In this document: one piece after another, positions 15,295 through 28,092 of the stretch
Layout: each line of letters begins with the position of its first letter
Numbering within the stretch: the stretch's first letter is position 1
Assembly: GCA_002314835.1 (NCBI GenBank)
Contig: DCHM01000008.1
Span: 1,843 to 65,842 of the forward strand
DNA: 64,000 bases
Reading direction: 5' to 3'
From: Clostridiales bacterium UBA1752
GTDB taxonomy: Bacteria; Bacillota; Clostridia; Oscillospirales; CAG-382
Translations under genes and position numbers: made by a program
The notes under the pieces: generated by a model
Databases searched by the model: none
Told to the model about the DNA's origin: nothing
Seen by the model: the letters and a program-made list of their open reading frames with translations, nothing else

Positions 15295-16839
15295 ATGAAA
15301 AAAGCTCTTACCGTCATCCTTTTGATATGCTTTATCCTCGCCTTTGCTGCCTGCAACGGCTCGGGGAACAACATCGGTGATATCGAATCAAGCGCAGATA
15401 CTCAGTCCGAGGTTTCCGAGGACACGAGCTTTTACGGTTATCAGCTTGCCAAAGAGGACGGCTACGGCGGCAAGACTATCACCTTCCTCACCTCGTACGC
15501 AGGTGACATCGGCTGGCAGATAAACCCTGCATCCTCTCCCGACTATAACGAGAGCGAAGCCACGGCGGTTAATTCGGCAGTTGCCGAGCGCACCGCACTC
15601 ATCGAGGAGACGCTCAAAGTCAACATTGTCGAGATTCCCGTCGTTTCGTCAAAGCGTATGGGCACCGCAGACAGTGATTTCCTTATCGCAGTCAAAAACG
15701 ACATTTCAGGCGGTCTCAACGAGTACGACGTCCTCATGCCGTGCACCCGTGACGCGGCGGTGCTTGCCAAGGACGGCAACCTGCTCGACTTATACACCGA
15801 GGCTGCCAATATAAACCCCGACAACGTTTGGTGGTCTCAGCAATTCAACACTGACGTAGCCATCGGCGATTGCCTGTATTTTATGATAGGCGATATCGGC
15901 TGGGTCAACAAAAACGCCACTATGTTCGTCGCCTTTAATAAAGAAATGATGGACGACAACCATCTCTGTGCCGAGTACGGCTACAACACGATGTACGAGA
16001 TGGTGGACGACTATCAGTGGACGATAGACAAGCTCTTTGAGATGTCAAAGGCGGTTTATCTCGACAATAACCAAAACGGCAAGTGCGACACGGGAGACCA
16101 AAACGGTTTGGCAGGTCAAAACAGCCTCGTTTCGTGGCTATTATTCTCCTGCGGCGAACGCATAGCCACCGTGCAGTCGGACGGCTACCCTCGCCTCTCG
16201 ATATACAATCAGCGTGCAGTCAAGGTTATCGAGCAGATACAGGAATACACACACGACAATCAAAACGGCTTTATCTCCGCCAACGATTACTTTAGCGTTT
16301 CGTCAGTTCCAGTCACCGACGTCACGGTGCCCGAGTTTACGGGCGGCAGATGCCTATTCTTTATGGACGCCGTGCTCAATATGAACCTTATACGCGATAT
16401 GGCGCAGGATTTCGGCATCGTACCTATGCCTATGTACGACGAAGCACAGCATCAGTATTACAGCAGCGTCAGCTATTGGTCGAGCGACACGCTCTGCCTG
16501 CCAAATTCATACGTGAGCGACACAGACCGTCTGTCTATGGTCAGTGACGTAGTAGAAGCGATGTCGGCGGCTTCGCGCGCCATAGTCAACGACGTTTACT
16601 ATCAACAGACCCTGCAAAATCAGATAACCCGTGACGAAGAGAGCGAAAGGATGCTCGACGTCATATTCGAGAGCCGCACAGTCGAGCTCGCCAATATCTA
16701 TAACTGGGGCGAGCTTACCTCGGTTATCAACAACCTATACAACGGCGCTATCGGCAGCTTTACCAGCTCGTACGACGCTATCAAAGACGCCGCACAGCAG
16801 CAGATAGACGATACAGTAGCTATTTTTAAGAAAAAATAA
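15295..16839 (+). CDS. Lipoprotein, large extracellular solute-binding protein (ABC-type sugar SBP family) without adjacent permeases
   Basis: 514 aa. The lipobox is ILAFAACNGSG. The length and alpha/beta pattern match the ~500-aa LplA/YtcQ-type binding proteins. No permease or ATPase genes flank it. Confidence 0.65.
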   Translation: MKKALTVILLICFILAFAACNGSGNNIGDIESSADTQSEVSEDTSFYGYQLAKEDGYGGKTITFLTSYAGDIGWQINPASSPDYNESEATAVNSAVAERTALIEETLKVNIVEIPVVSSKRMGTADSDFLIAVKNDISGGLNEYDVLMPCTRDAAVLAKDGNLLDLYTEAANINPDNVWWSQQFNTDVAIGDCLYFMIGDIGWVNKNATMFVAFNKEMMDDNHLCAEYGYNTMYEMVDDYQWTIDKLFEMSKAVYLDNNQNGKCDTGDQNGLAGQNSLVSWLLFSCGERIATVQSDGYPRLSIYNQRAVKVIEQIQEYTHDNQNGFISANDYFSVSSVPVTDVTVPEFTGGRCLFFMDAVLNMNLIRDMAQDFGIVPMPMYDEAQHQYYSSVSYWSSDTLCLPNSYVSDTDRLSMVSDVVEAMSAASRAIVNDVYYQQTLQNQITRDEESERMLDVIFESRTVELANIYNWGELTSVINNLYNGAIGSFTSSYDAIKDAAQQQIDDTVAIFKKK

Positions 16840-16857
16840 AATACAGGAGCACACACA

Positions 16858-17715
16858 ATGTCTTACAATTTTAACATCGGCGTAATGGTTGACTCATTCT
16901 GCGTACCCTTTGAACAGGGTCTCGCAAAAGCAGAGAGCATCGGTGCCAAGGGCATCCAGTTGTACGTTGTAGAGGGTGAAAACATCTATACTTCGTTTGA
17001 CGATGCCAAGGTTGCCCGCACTCTCGAGCTGCTCAAAAAGCACGGACTCGTTATTTCGGCACTCTGCGGTGACTTTGGCGGTCACGGCTTTGAGAGAGTG
17101 GACGAAAACGCAGTCAAAGTACCTGCATCCAAGGCTGTCGCTGACCTCGCGGTCAAGCTCGGCACCAAGGTTGTCACCACGCACATCGGTTGCGTTCCCA
17201 CAGACAAAAACTGCGAGGAATACAAAAACATGAAGGCAGCCTGCAAGGAGATAGGCGATTACGCCGCCAAGCTCGACGTTACCTTTGCCATCGAGACAGG
17301 TCCCGAAAAAGCCGAGACCTTAGCCGGATTTATCCGTGACGTAGGCTCCAAGGGCATCGGTGTCAACCTCGACCCCGCAAACCTCGTTATGGTTACAGGC
17401 GACGACCCCGTAAAAGCTGTTTACACCCTCAAGGACTTTATAGTTCACACCCACGCCAAGGACGGCATCATGCTGCAACAGACCGAGCCCAAGCGCATTT
17501 ATACCTTCTTTGCCGAAGGCGGCATCGGCGACCTCCGTATGGGCGACTACTTCCTCGAGGTTCCTCTCGGCGAAGGCAAGGTTGACTTTGATAAATACCT
17601 TGCGGCACTCAAGGACGTCGGCTACAACGGATTCCTCACCATCGAGAGAGAATGCGGTGCAGACCCTTATGCAGACATCAAAATGGCAGTTGATTTCCTA
17701 AAATCTAAAATATAA
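16858..17715 (+). CDS. Sugar phosphate isomerase/epimerase (xylose-isomerase-like TIM barrel)
   Basis: 285 aa. FAIETGPE, GVNLDPANL and HTHAKD are characteristic metal-ligand segments of the AP-endonuclease-2/XI-like TIM family. Confidence 0.8.
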   Translation: MSYNFNIGVMVDSFCVPFEQGLAKAESIGAKGIQLYVVEGENIYTSFDDAKVARTLELLKKHGLVISALCGDFGGHGFERVDENAVKVPASKAVADLAVKLGTKVVTTHIGCVPTDKNCEEYKNMKAACKEIGDYAAKLDVTFAIETGPEKAETLAGFIRDVGSKGIGVNLDPANLVMVTGDDPVKAVYTLKDFIVHTHAKDGIMLQQTEPKRIYTFFAEGGIGDLRMGDYFLEVPLGEGKVDFDKYLAALKDVGYNGFLTIERECGADPYADIKMAVDFLKSKI

Positions 17716-17727
17716 GAGGTATTAACA

Positions 17728-18564
17728 ATGAAAAAGATTGGTTTTATCGACTATTTTATCGACGAGTGGCACGCTAACAACTATCCACAGTTTATCGCGG
17801 AAGCAACCGGCGGCGAATATAAAATCGCCTACGCTTACGCCGAAATCGAGCCTGAAGGCAAGATGAGCACCGACGACTGGTGCGCTAAATACGGCGTAGA
17901 ACGTTGCTACAGCATCCAGGAGCTCTGCGACAAGGCAGATTGCATCATTGTCGCTTCGCCCGACAACCCCGAAAGACACTGGGACCTCTGCCAAATCCCT
18001 TATCGCAGCGGCAAGAGAGTTTATACCGACAAGACCTTCTCTCTCCACAAGGACGAGGCCAAAAAGCTCATGGACCTCGCAAAGCAGTACAACACCCCCG
18101 TTTGCTCGTCTTCCGCTCTCCGCTTCAGCAAAGAGCTCTCTGACGTAGCAAAACAAGATATCGCGTTTATCAACAGCCGCGGCCCCGGCAACTTTGACAC
18201 CTACGCCATCCACCAGATCGAGCCTATCTGCTGCCTTCTCGGCTCAAAGGCTACCCGTATGATGTCTATCGGCGCAGGTCAGTATGCGTCTATGGTTATC
18301 GAATTTGAGGGCGGACGCCGCGCAGTTATGAGCCACTACGGCTGGACGGGCATGGACTTTAACATGACCGTCAACTACGCAGACGGCAAGACCGTCATCA
18401 TCCCCCAGATGACTGAATATTTCCCTCGCTTTATCAAGGCAATGTGCAACTTCTTTGAGACCGGCGAAATCCTCGCCGACAACGCAGAGACCGTTACCAT
18501 CATGGGCATAATCGAAGCAGGTAACAAAGCCCTTGCCAACCCCGGCGTTTGGGTTAATATCTGA
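17728..18564 (+). CDS. Gfo/Idh/MocA-like protein with degenerate Rossmann loop
   Basis: 278 aa. The N-terminus is MKKIGFIDYFIDEWHANNYP instead of GxGxxG. The fold pattern parallels CDS 35631-36569. Confidence 0.6.
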   Translation: MKKIGFIDYFIDEWHANNYPQFIAEATGGEYKIAYAYAEIEPEGKMSTDDWCAKYGVERCYSIQELCDKADCIIVASPDNPERHWDLCQIPYRSGKRVYTDKTFSLHKDEAKKLMDLAKQYNTPVCSSSALRFSKELSDVAKQDIAFINSRGPGNFDTYAIHQIEPICCLLGSKATRMMSIGAGQYASMVIEFEGGRRAVMSHYGWTGMDFNMTVNYADGKTVIIPQMTEYFPRFIKAMCNFFETGEILADNAETVTIMGIIEAGNKALANPGVWVNI

Positions 18565-18593
18565 GTTTTAAAATAAACAAGCAGGTGAAAAGC

Positions 18594-19124
18594 ATGAAAA
18601 AGCTGATTTTGATACTACTTTCGGCGATTATATGCTTTAACCTGCTTGTTTTTTGCGTTTCCGCCGACGAATACGTCCACATCCCCGAGGTTAAGAGCGG
18701 ATTTGTCGTCGGCATAGCGGATAGCACGACGGTCAAGGACCTCTTTTACGTTTTTCCTCACAAGATTATCAGTCACCTCAAAGGCGCAGTCACCGTACCG
18801 TCCGAAGCTCAAACCCCGATAGCCACGGGCGACACTCTGCGCATAGGACTGATATATTACACCGCCGTGGTTATGGGCGACCTCGACCGCGACGGGTGCG
18901 TCACCGAGAGTGATTTTGACGTTATGAAGCTCTGCTATCTGCAGGGCAAAAGCTTTAACACGCGCGAAATGCGCTACGCTGCCGGAGTTGCAAGCCCCAC
19001 CGCTTCCGAACTATTACGTCTCAAGCGCCACACGCTCGGCACCTGCGACTATGCCGCAGAATATTACAAGCCCACGAGCGAAATCGTCGATGAAGAGAGC
19101 GGCTGGAGCAGCGAGTGGAAATAG
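18594..19124 (+). CDS. Small secreted protein with dockerin-like Ca-binding repeat
   Basis: Start at ATG 18594 (aggtga RBS). The signal peptide is MKKLILILLSAIICFNLLVFCVSA. The EF-hand-like loop is GDLDRDGCVTESDFDVMKLCYL. Confidence 0.7.
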   Translation: MKKLILILLSAIICFNLLVFCVSADEYVHIPEVKSGFVVGIADSTTVKDLFYVFPHKIISHLKGAVTVPSEAQTPIATGDTLRIGLIYYTAVVMGDLDRDGCVTESDFDVMKLCYLQGKSFNTREMRYAAGVASPTASELLRLKRHTLGTCDYAAEYYKPTSEIVDEESGWSSEWK

Positions 19125-19315
19125 ACATACACTAAAGAACGGTATTATGCAGAATGACACACGTAAATACCTAAATCTAATATATCGTCTTTTAGAGGGC
19201 AAGGCACGCGAGCTGACAAAAAAGTTTTACGTTTCTTTTTGTTTCCCGATTACTACCGAAGCGAAACGGATATACGGGTTTATCAATATACTGAGCCAAA
19301 AAGGATATTATTAAA

Positions 19316-19441
19316 ATGAACGTTTCACTAAGCGAACTTGAAAGTTATCTGCGCGATTTCTACGTTGGCTTTGCCGACCGGAATATGTTTATGAAGCTCG
19401 TAGGCGAAGCGTCCAAAGTATTAAATATAAAAGCAGGCTGA
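19316..19441 (+). pseudogene. Possible 41-codon remnant of a MazG-like NTP pyrophosphohydrolase N-terminus
   Basis: MNVSLSELESYLRDFYVGFADRNMFMKLVGEASKVLNIKAG* resembles only the first helix pair of MazG-type proteins. There is no clear RBS. Confidence 0.2.
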
Positions 19442-19443
19442 TA

Positions 19444-19956
19444 ATGACGCAAAAATTTTTGACACTGATGGCAGATTTGGACGACCAATCTCAAAAGCTG
19501 ATGGCAGGATGGTACGACGAGCTAAGAGCGGCAGGCTTTATCGGTACGCAAACCCCGGGATTGCCTTATCATATCTCCCTTGCATTCTTTGACCTCGATA
19601 AAGAATCGGAAATAACGGCAGAAATGGCAAAGCTCGCCGAACAATTTGCACCGATACCGATACACATAAGCCACATAGGCATTTTTGCAGGCGGCAAAGT
19701 GATGTTCGGTGCGCCCGATATGGGTATGCCGGAGCTGCTGTCGCTCCACGACGCTATACACACCGAAAATATAGACAAATATCCTTGGACACCGCACTGC
19801 ACGGTTTTAATAGACGAGCCCGACACGGTGCAAAAAGCCCTACCGATATTTACCAAATCTTTCCGCCCGTTTTGCGGCAAAATCACATCATTGCATTTGT
19901 GTGAGTTTTGGCCTACGAGACATATCTTAGATATAAAGTTAAAAGGACAAAAATAA
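19444..19956 (+). CDS. 2H phosphoesterase / 2'-5' RNA ligase (LigT-like) family protein
   Basis: 170 aa with two H-x-T/S-x motifs (PYHISLAFF and TPHCTVLI). Confidence 0.75.
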   Translation: MTQKFLTLMADLDDQSQKLMAGWYDELRAAGFIGTQTPGLPYHISLAFFDLDKESEITAEMAKLAEQFAPIPIHISHIGIFAGGKVMFGAPDMGMPELLSLHDAIHTENIDKYPWTPHCTVLIDEPDTVQKALPIFTKSFRPFCGKITSLHLCEFWPTRHILDIKLKGQK

Positions 19957-19987
19957 GCTCGATAGAATCAATCTATCGAGCTTTTTT
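19956..19987. terminator. Bidirectional terminator between convergent genes
   Basis: AGCTCGATAGA-atcaa-TCTATCGAGCT has an 11-bp stem, an A-run before it and TTTTT after it. Confidence 0.8.
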
Positions 19988-19999
19988 ACGGTTATATAG

Positions 20000-21058
20000 T
20001 TAAACGGTTTCTTTCTTTTTAAGCACTACCATCTTGAGGTACTTGACGACGCTGACGACGCCAGAGATGACGAGCGGATAATAGAAAGTCAGCACTCTGT
20101 GCAGCAGCATTGCCGCAGTCGCGGTTGACGGTGCGTTATACATCAGGTTATAGATGGCACCCGTCGCCCATTCGTTGGCGCCCATAGCGCCCGGCAACGG
20201 GATATTGTCAACGACAATGCAGACGATGGCTTGGATGCACATTACCTGCACGAAATTGAGCGCGCTGTTGCCAAAGCAGGCATATACGAGATAAGCGGCA
20301 AAAAACATACATCCGCGCTGTGCAAAGCAGGCGAGGAACATTTTGACGCCGAGCATGGGTGACGATGCGAGGAACTGAGCCGAAGCCTTATACTCATTCA
20401 GCTGATTTTCAAAGCTTGCGAGCGTCTTTTCTTTGTTTTTGATTATCTTGATTTTTGCCAGTAGCTTTATACCGAAATTGCCCACCTTGCGTATTATGCC
20501 GGGTGAACGCATGGCGAGCGAGCAAAAGACGACTATGCCGATATTGATGACAAATCCGAGTGCTATCAGGCTGTTAAACACGCCCGAAACTCCAAACACC
20601 ACGTTCGGTGCTACTATGAGCGCAAGCACGCCGTAAACCAAGAGCGCGCCGCGATTATACATCGCCTGTATGACGAGTGCGAGTGACGAATGTGAAAAAG
20701 GCACGCCGTCGTGATTCATGGTAAAGAGTACCATAGGCTCGCCGCCTGCCGCAGACGGAGTTATCGCCGCGTAAAAAAAGTCGGTGCAAGCGTAGGTAAA
20801 GCAGTTGCCAAAGCTCGTTTTGCCGCCACGTGCCGAAAGCGGTACGAGTGCAAAGAGCGCATAGCATACGAGATAGCCGAGCACCACAAAGCACGCGATT
20901 ATCAGCAGCCACTTGCTCGGGCAGGACGTAACCGCACCCCATATCTCGGTGATGTCGTTGTTTTTAAATATGACGTAATATGTCGCTACAATCAGTATTA
21001 TCAAGAGAGCAAAGCTCAATATATATTTCAGTGCGCCGTTAGACTTTTTATTTTCCAA
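20000..21058 (-). CDS. Flippase-like / lysylphosphatidylglycerol-synthase-TM-region family membrane protein (UPF0104)
   Basis: 352 aa, polytopic. The N-terminus MENKKSNGALKYILSFALLIILIVATYYVIFKN is typical of PF03706-type proteins. It has a TTG start with an upstream GGAGG. Confidence 0.7.
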   Translation of the reverse strand: MENKKSNGALKYILSFALLIILIVATYYVIFKNNDITEIWGAVTSCPSKWLLIIACFVVLGYLVCYALFALVPLSARGGKTSFGNCFTYACTDFFYAAITPSAAGGEPMVLFTMNHDGVPFSHSSLALVIQAMYNRGALLVYGVLALIVAPNVVFGVSGVFNSLIALGFVINIGIVVFCSLAMRSPGIIRKVGNFGIKLLAKIKIIKNKEKTLASFENQLNEYKASAQFLASSPMLGVKMFLACFAQRGCMFFAAYLVYACFGNSALNFVQVMCIQAIVCIVVDNIPLPGAMGANEWATGAIYNLMYNAPSTATAAMLLHRVLTFYYPLVISGVVSVVKYLKMVVLKKKETV

Positions 21059-21106
21059 TACTTCCCCTCCCTTTCCAAGTGATTATAGCACGCATATCCA
21101 AAAAAG

Positions 21107-21735
21107 TCAACCGATTAAGGTCTTTACCTCACCTATGTTATTTACGACAAAATCCGCATTCAGCTTCTCAGGCGCTATCGGGCAGGGGAAGTGACAGGTT
21201 TTTATTCCGGCATTGCGTCCCGAGCCGAGGTCTATCTCACGGTCGCCTATCATGACCGCCGAGCTTCTGTCAAAACCATACCTGCTTATCAGCAGCTCTA
21301 CCGCCTCTGGCGATGGCTTGCACGCGACCTTGTCGTCGGATATGGTAACAACGTCCGTAAAACATTCGGTAATGCCGTACTTGTCAAAATAAGGCAGTAT
21401 GTCACACCTCGCAGAATGTGAAAAAAGATAATTTCGGCAGCCGTTGTCACAAATATAGTGCAATGTTTCAATCACGTTGTCAAACGGCTTTGCGACGAGA
21501 GCGCCATAGCTTTTTTTGATTTCAGCCATTTCTTTTACCAGCTCTTTCGTGTCCCAGCCGTAGCGCTTGCCGTAGATATCCGCACCGACATATATGTTTT
21601 GCAGCATGCCGTACATCATTTCATGTCTGTCGGTCACACCTCCGCGCCTGCGGACTGCCTCATCGAGCGCGTCGCAGGTGTAGGGATAAGTGTCAAACAG
21701 TGTGCCGTCAAAGTCCCAGATAAAATCCGTGATTT

Positions 21736-21739
<4 letters not shown>
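21107..21739 (-). CDS. HAD-IA family hydrolase/phosphatase
   Basis: 210 aa. Motif I is FIWDFDGTLFDT and motif IV is MIGDREIDLGSG. Confidence 0.85.
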
Positions 21740-26059
<4,320 letters not shown>

Positions 26060-26764
26060 TTAATACTCCTTGTCGTCGGTCACGGATGCCGGCTGTGTCA
26101 TATCTATTTTTTCGCCGAGGTAAGTCGGCTCGGGCTTTATTATCGCCTGCACTATGGCGTACGGTCTTGCCAATAGCTCGCGGAGCTCGTTTTTCATCCG
26201 ATAAGGATGTGCGTCAGCCGCTACGCCCACGGCGTCCAGACCCAGTGAATCAGATAAATATATCGCGCGATAAAGATGATACCTCTGCGTTACTATTATC
26301 GCCTTTTGTACGCCGAATATTTCCTTGGCGCGATACAGACTTTCGTAGGTCGAAAAGCCTGCGTGGTCGAGATAAATATCGTCGCTGTCAACACCATTGG
26401 CAACGGCGTACGCCTTCATCGCGTTTACCTCGTCGTACTCGGCAGTGCCGTGGTCGCCGCTCATAATGATTTTTGACGCGCATCCGCCGTTATACAGCTC
26501 TATCGCGCGGTCAACGCGGTCGGCAAGCACGGTAGATAGCTCACTGCCCGACACCTTGGCGCCCAATACGATAATGCAGTCGGCGGTAATATCCGTCGGG
26601 TCGCTTGCTATACTGCTTTCGCTGTGCATAGCCATAAAGACATTGCAAAACGTCAGCGCGAGCATAGCCAATATCACGGCACAGCATAAGCCGAGGTAAA
26701 TCCTGCGCAGTTTGCCGCCCTTTGCGTGCGGCTTTACGTCCTTTTTAACCTTGTAGCGACGCAT
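26060..26764 (-). CDS. SanA/YdcF (DUF218) family protein
   Basis: 234 aa. An N-terminal TM is followed by CIIVLGAKV...DRVDRAIELYNGGCASKIIMSGDHGTAEYDEVNAMK, typical of SanA. Confidence 0.8.
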   Translation of the reverse strand: MRRYKVKKDVKPHAKGGKLRRIYLGLCCAVILAMLALTFCNVFMAMHSESSIASDPTDITADCIIVLGAKVSGSELSTVLADRVDRAIELYNGGCASKIIMSGDHGTAEYDEVNAMKAYAVANGVDSDDIYLDHAGFSTYESLYRAKEIFGVQKAIIVTQRYHLYRAIYLSDSLGLDAVGVAADAHPYRMKNELRELLARPYAIVQAIIKPEPTYLGEKIDMTQPASVTDDKEY

Positions 26765-27596
26765 AATAATCTTTCATTGCTTTGGCGTCCTCTGCCATAG
26801 TGCCGTCCGACTCGCAGATAATCGTCGGGCTGACGCCGAGCTGATAAATAGCCTCCATCAGCGGCTCAAACGGAGGACCGTATTCCGTATCTTCAAAAGT
26901 GAGGTGCTTTTTTTCGCCTGCCGCAGTATATTGAATCTTTGAAAAATGGCAGTGCAACCTGTCGGCGTACTCGCCGCCCAATCCCTTATTTATCGCGTCA
27001 AACACCGCCTTGTAGTCGTCGGCGGTATAAAAACAGCCGTTTTCTCTCGCGTTGATGTGTCCGAAATCGACGACGGGGCAAAAGCGTGACGAAATCCTGC
27101 ACAGCTTGATAACCTCGTCCAAGGTGCCGAGCTGTCCGAGCTTGCCCATCGTTTCGAGGCCTACTCTGACCTTATATCCGCACTCCGCCATCATTTCGTC
27201 AACCATATAAAGCGTGTCGGCGGCGTATTCCATAGCGGTTTCGCGGCTGATTTTGCCTGCGGAGCCGGTGTGCACGACCATCGTCCTTGCGCCCAGAGCG
27301 TCTGCGGCTTCCGCAGAGCGGCGTATGTATTCGACGCTGTTTACTCGCTTTTCTTTTTCCACCGAAGACAGTGAAATAAAATAAGGCGCGTGAAACGACG
27401 GCTCTACGCCGTGCTCACGGCACTTGGCGCCGATGGCAGCAAAGGTGTCGAGCCCTGCGGCTATGCCGTTGCCTGCCTCGTATTCATAAAGGTCGAGACC
27501 GCATTTTGAGACAAAGCCCGGGGCTTGCAGGGTTGACTTGTAGCCTGCCTCGTAAAAGCTCTTTGAGTTGCCTCCCGGTCCAAACTTTGCGGGCAT
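26745..27596 (-). CDS. Endonuclease IV-like TIM-barrel protein
   Basis: Start moved to ATG 27596 (gaagga RBS; the upstream gene stops at 27601). MPAKFGPGGNS..., VVHTGS and a His/Glu metal-ligand pattern match the AP-endonuclease family 2 fold. Confidence 0.7.
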   Translation of the reverse strand: MPAKFGPGGNSKSFYEAGYKSTLQAPGFVSKCGLDLYEYEAGNGIAAGLDTFAAIGAKCREHGVEPSFHAPYFISLSSVEKEKRVNSVEYIRRSAEAADALGARTMVVHTGSAGKISRETAMEYAADTLYMVDEMMAECGYKVRVGLETMGKLGQLGTLDEVIKLCRISSRFCPVVDFGHINARENGCFYTADDYKAVFDAINKGLGGEYADRLHCHFSKIQYTAAGEKKHLTFEDTEYGPPFEPLMEAIYQLGVSPTIICESDGTMAEDAKAMKDYYASLQG

Positions 27597-27600
27597 AATA

Positions 27601-28092
27601 TTATCCTTCTTTCCGATATTTTTTGAGTATAGGCTTTTCGATAGCACGCTTTATCCTGAATAGCAGGTTTTTGCGGTCGCGTATAGGCTCGACGAGGCAA
27701 AAATCCACGCCTGCCCTGTGCGCCGCCGCGCAGTCGGTGAGCAGCTGGTCGCCTATCATCAGTGCTTGCTCTGCCGATGCGCCCCAGCGGTCAAGACAAC
27801 GCTTTACTCCGCGAGCCGAAGGCTTGCGCGCCTTGTGAACGTAGTGCCAGCCGTGCCCCTCGCAAAACCTTTTGAGGCGGCTTTCGCCGTTATTGGAGAT
27901 AAACGCAAAGGTTATGCCCTTTGAATTTAACATCTCAAAAAGTCTGAGGTTTTGCTCGCTCGGCTCGTGCTGCTCGTAGGGAGCTATCGTGTTGTCGAGG
28001 TCAAAGATTATAAAGCGGTATTTGTCAAACACCTCGTCGGTTATGTCGCCTACCGACTTAAAATCGTAGTCGGGATACAGTTTGTGCTTCAT
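27601..28092 (-). CDS. YqeG-family HAD-IIIA phosphatase
   Basis: The ATG at 28092 overlaps the upstream stop (ATGA). Motifs are FIIFDLDNTIAP, KARKPSARG and MIGDQLLTD. Confidence 0.85.
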   Translation of the reverse strand: MKHKLYPDYDFKSVGDITDEVFDKYRFIIFDLDNTIAPYEQHEPSEQNLRLFEMLNSKGITFAFISNNGESRLKRFCEGHGWHYVHKARKPSARGVKRCLDRWGASAEQALMIGDQLLTDCAAAHRAGVDFCLVEPIRDRKNLLFRIKRAIEKPILKKYRKEG

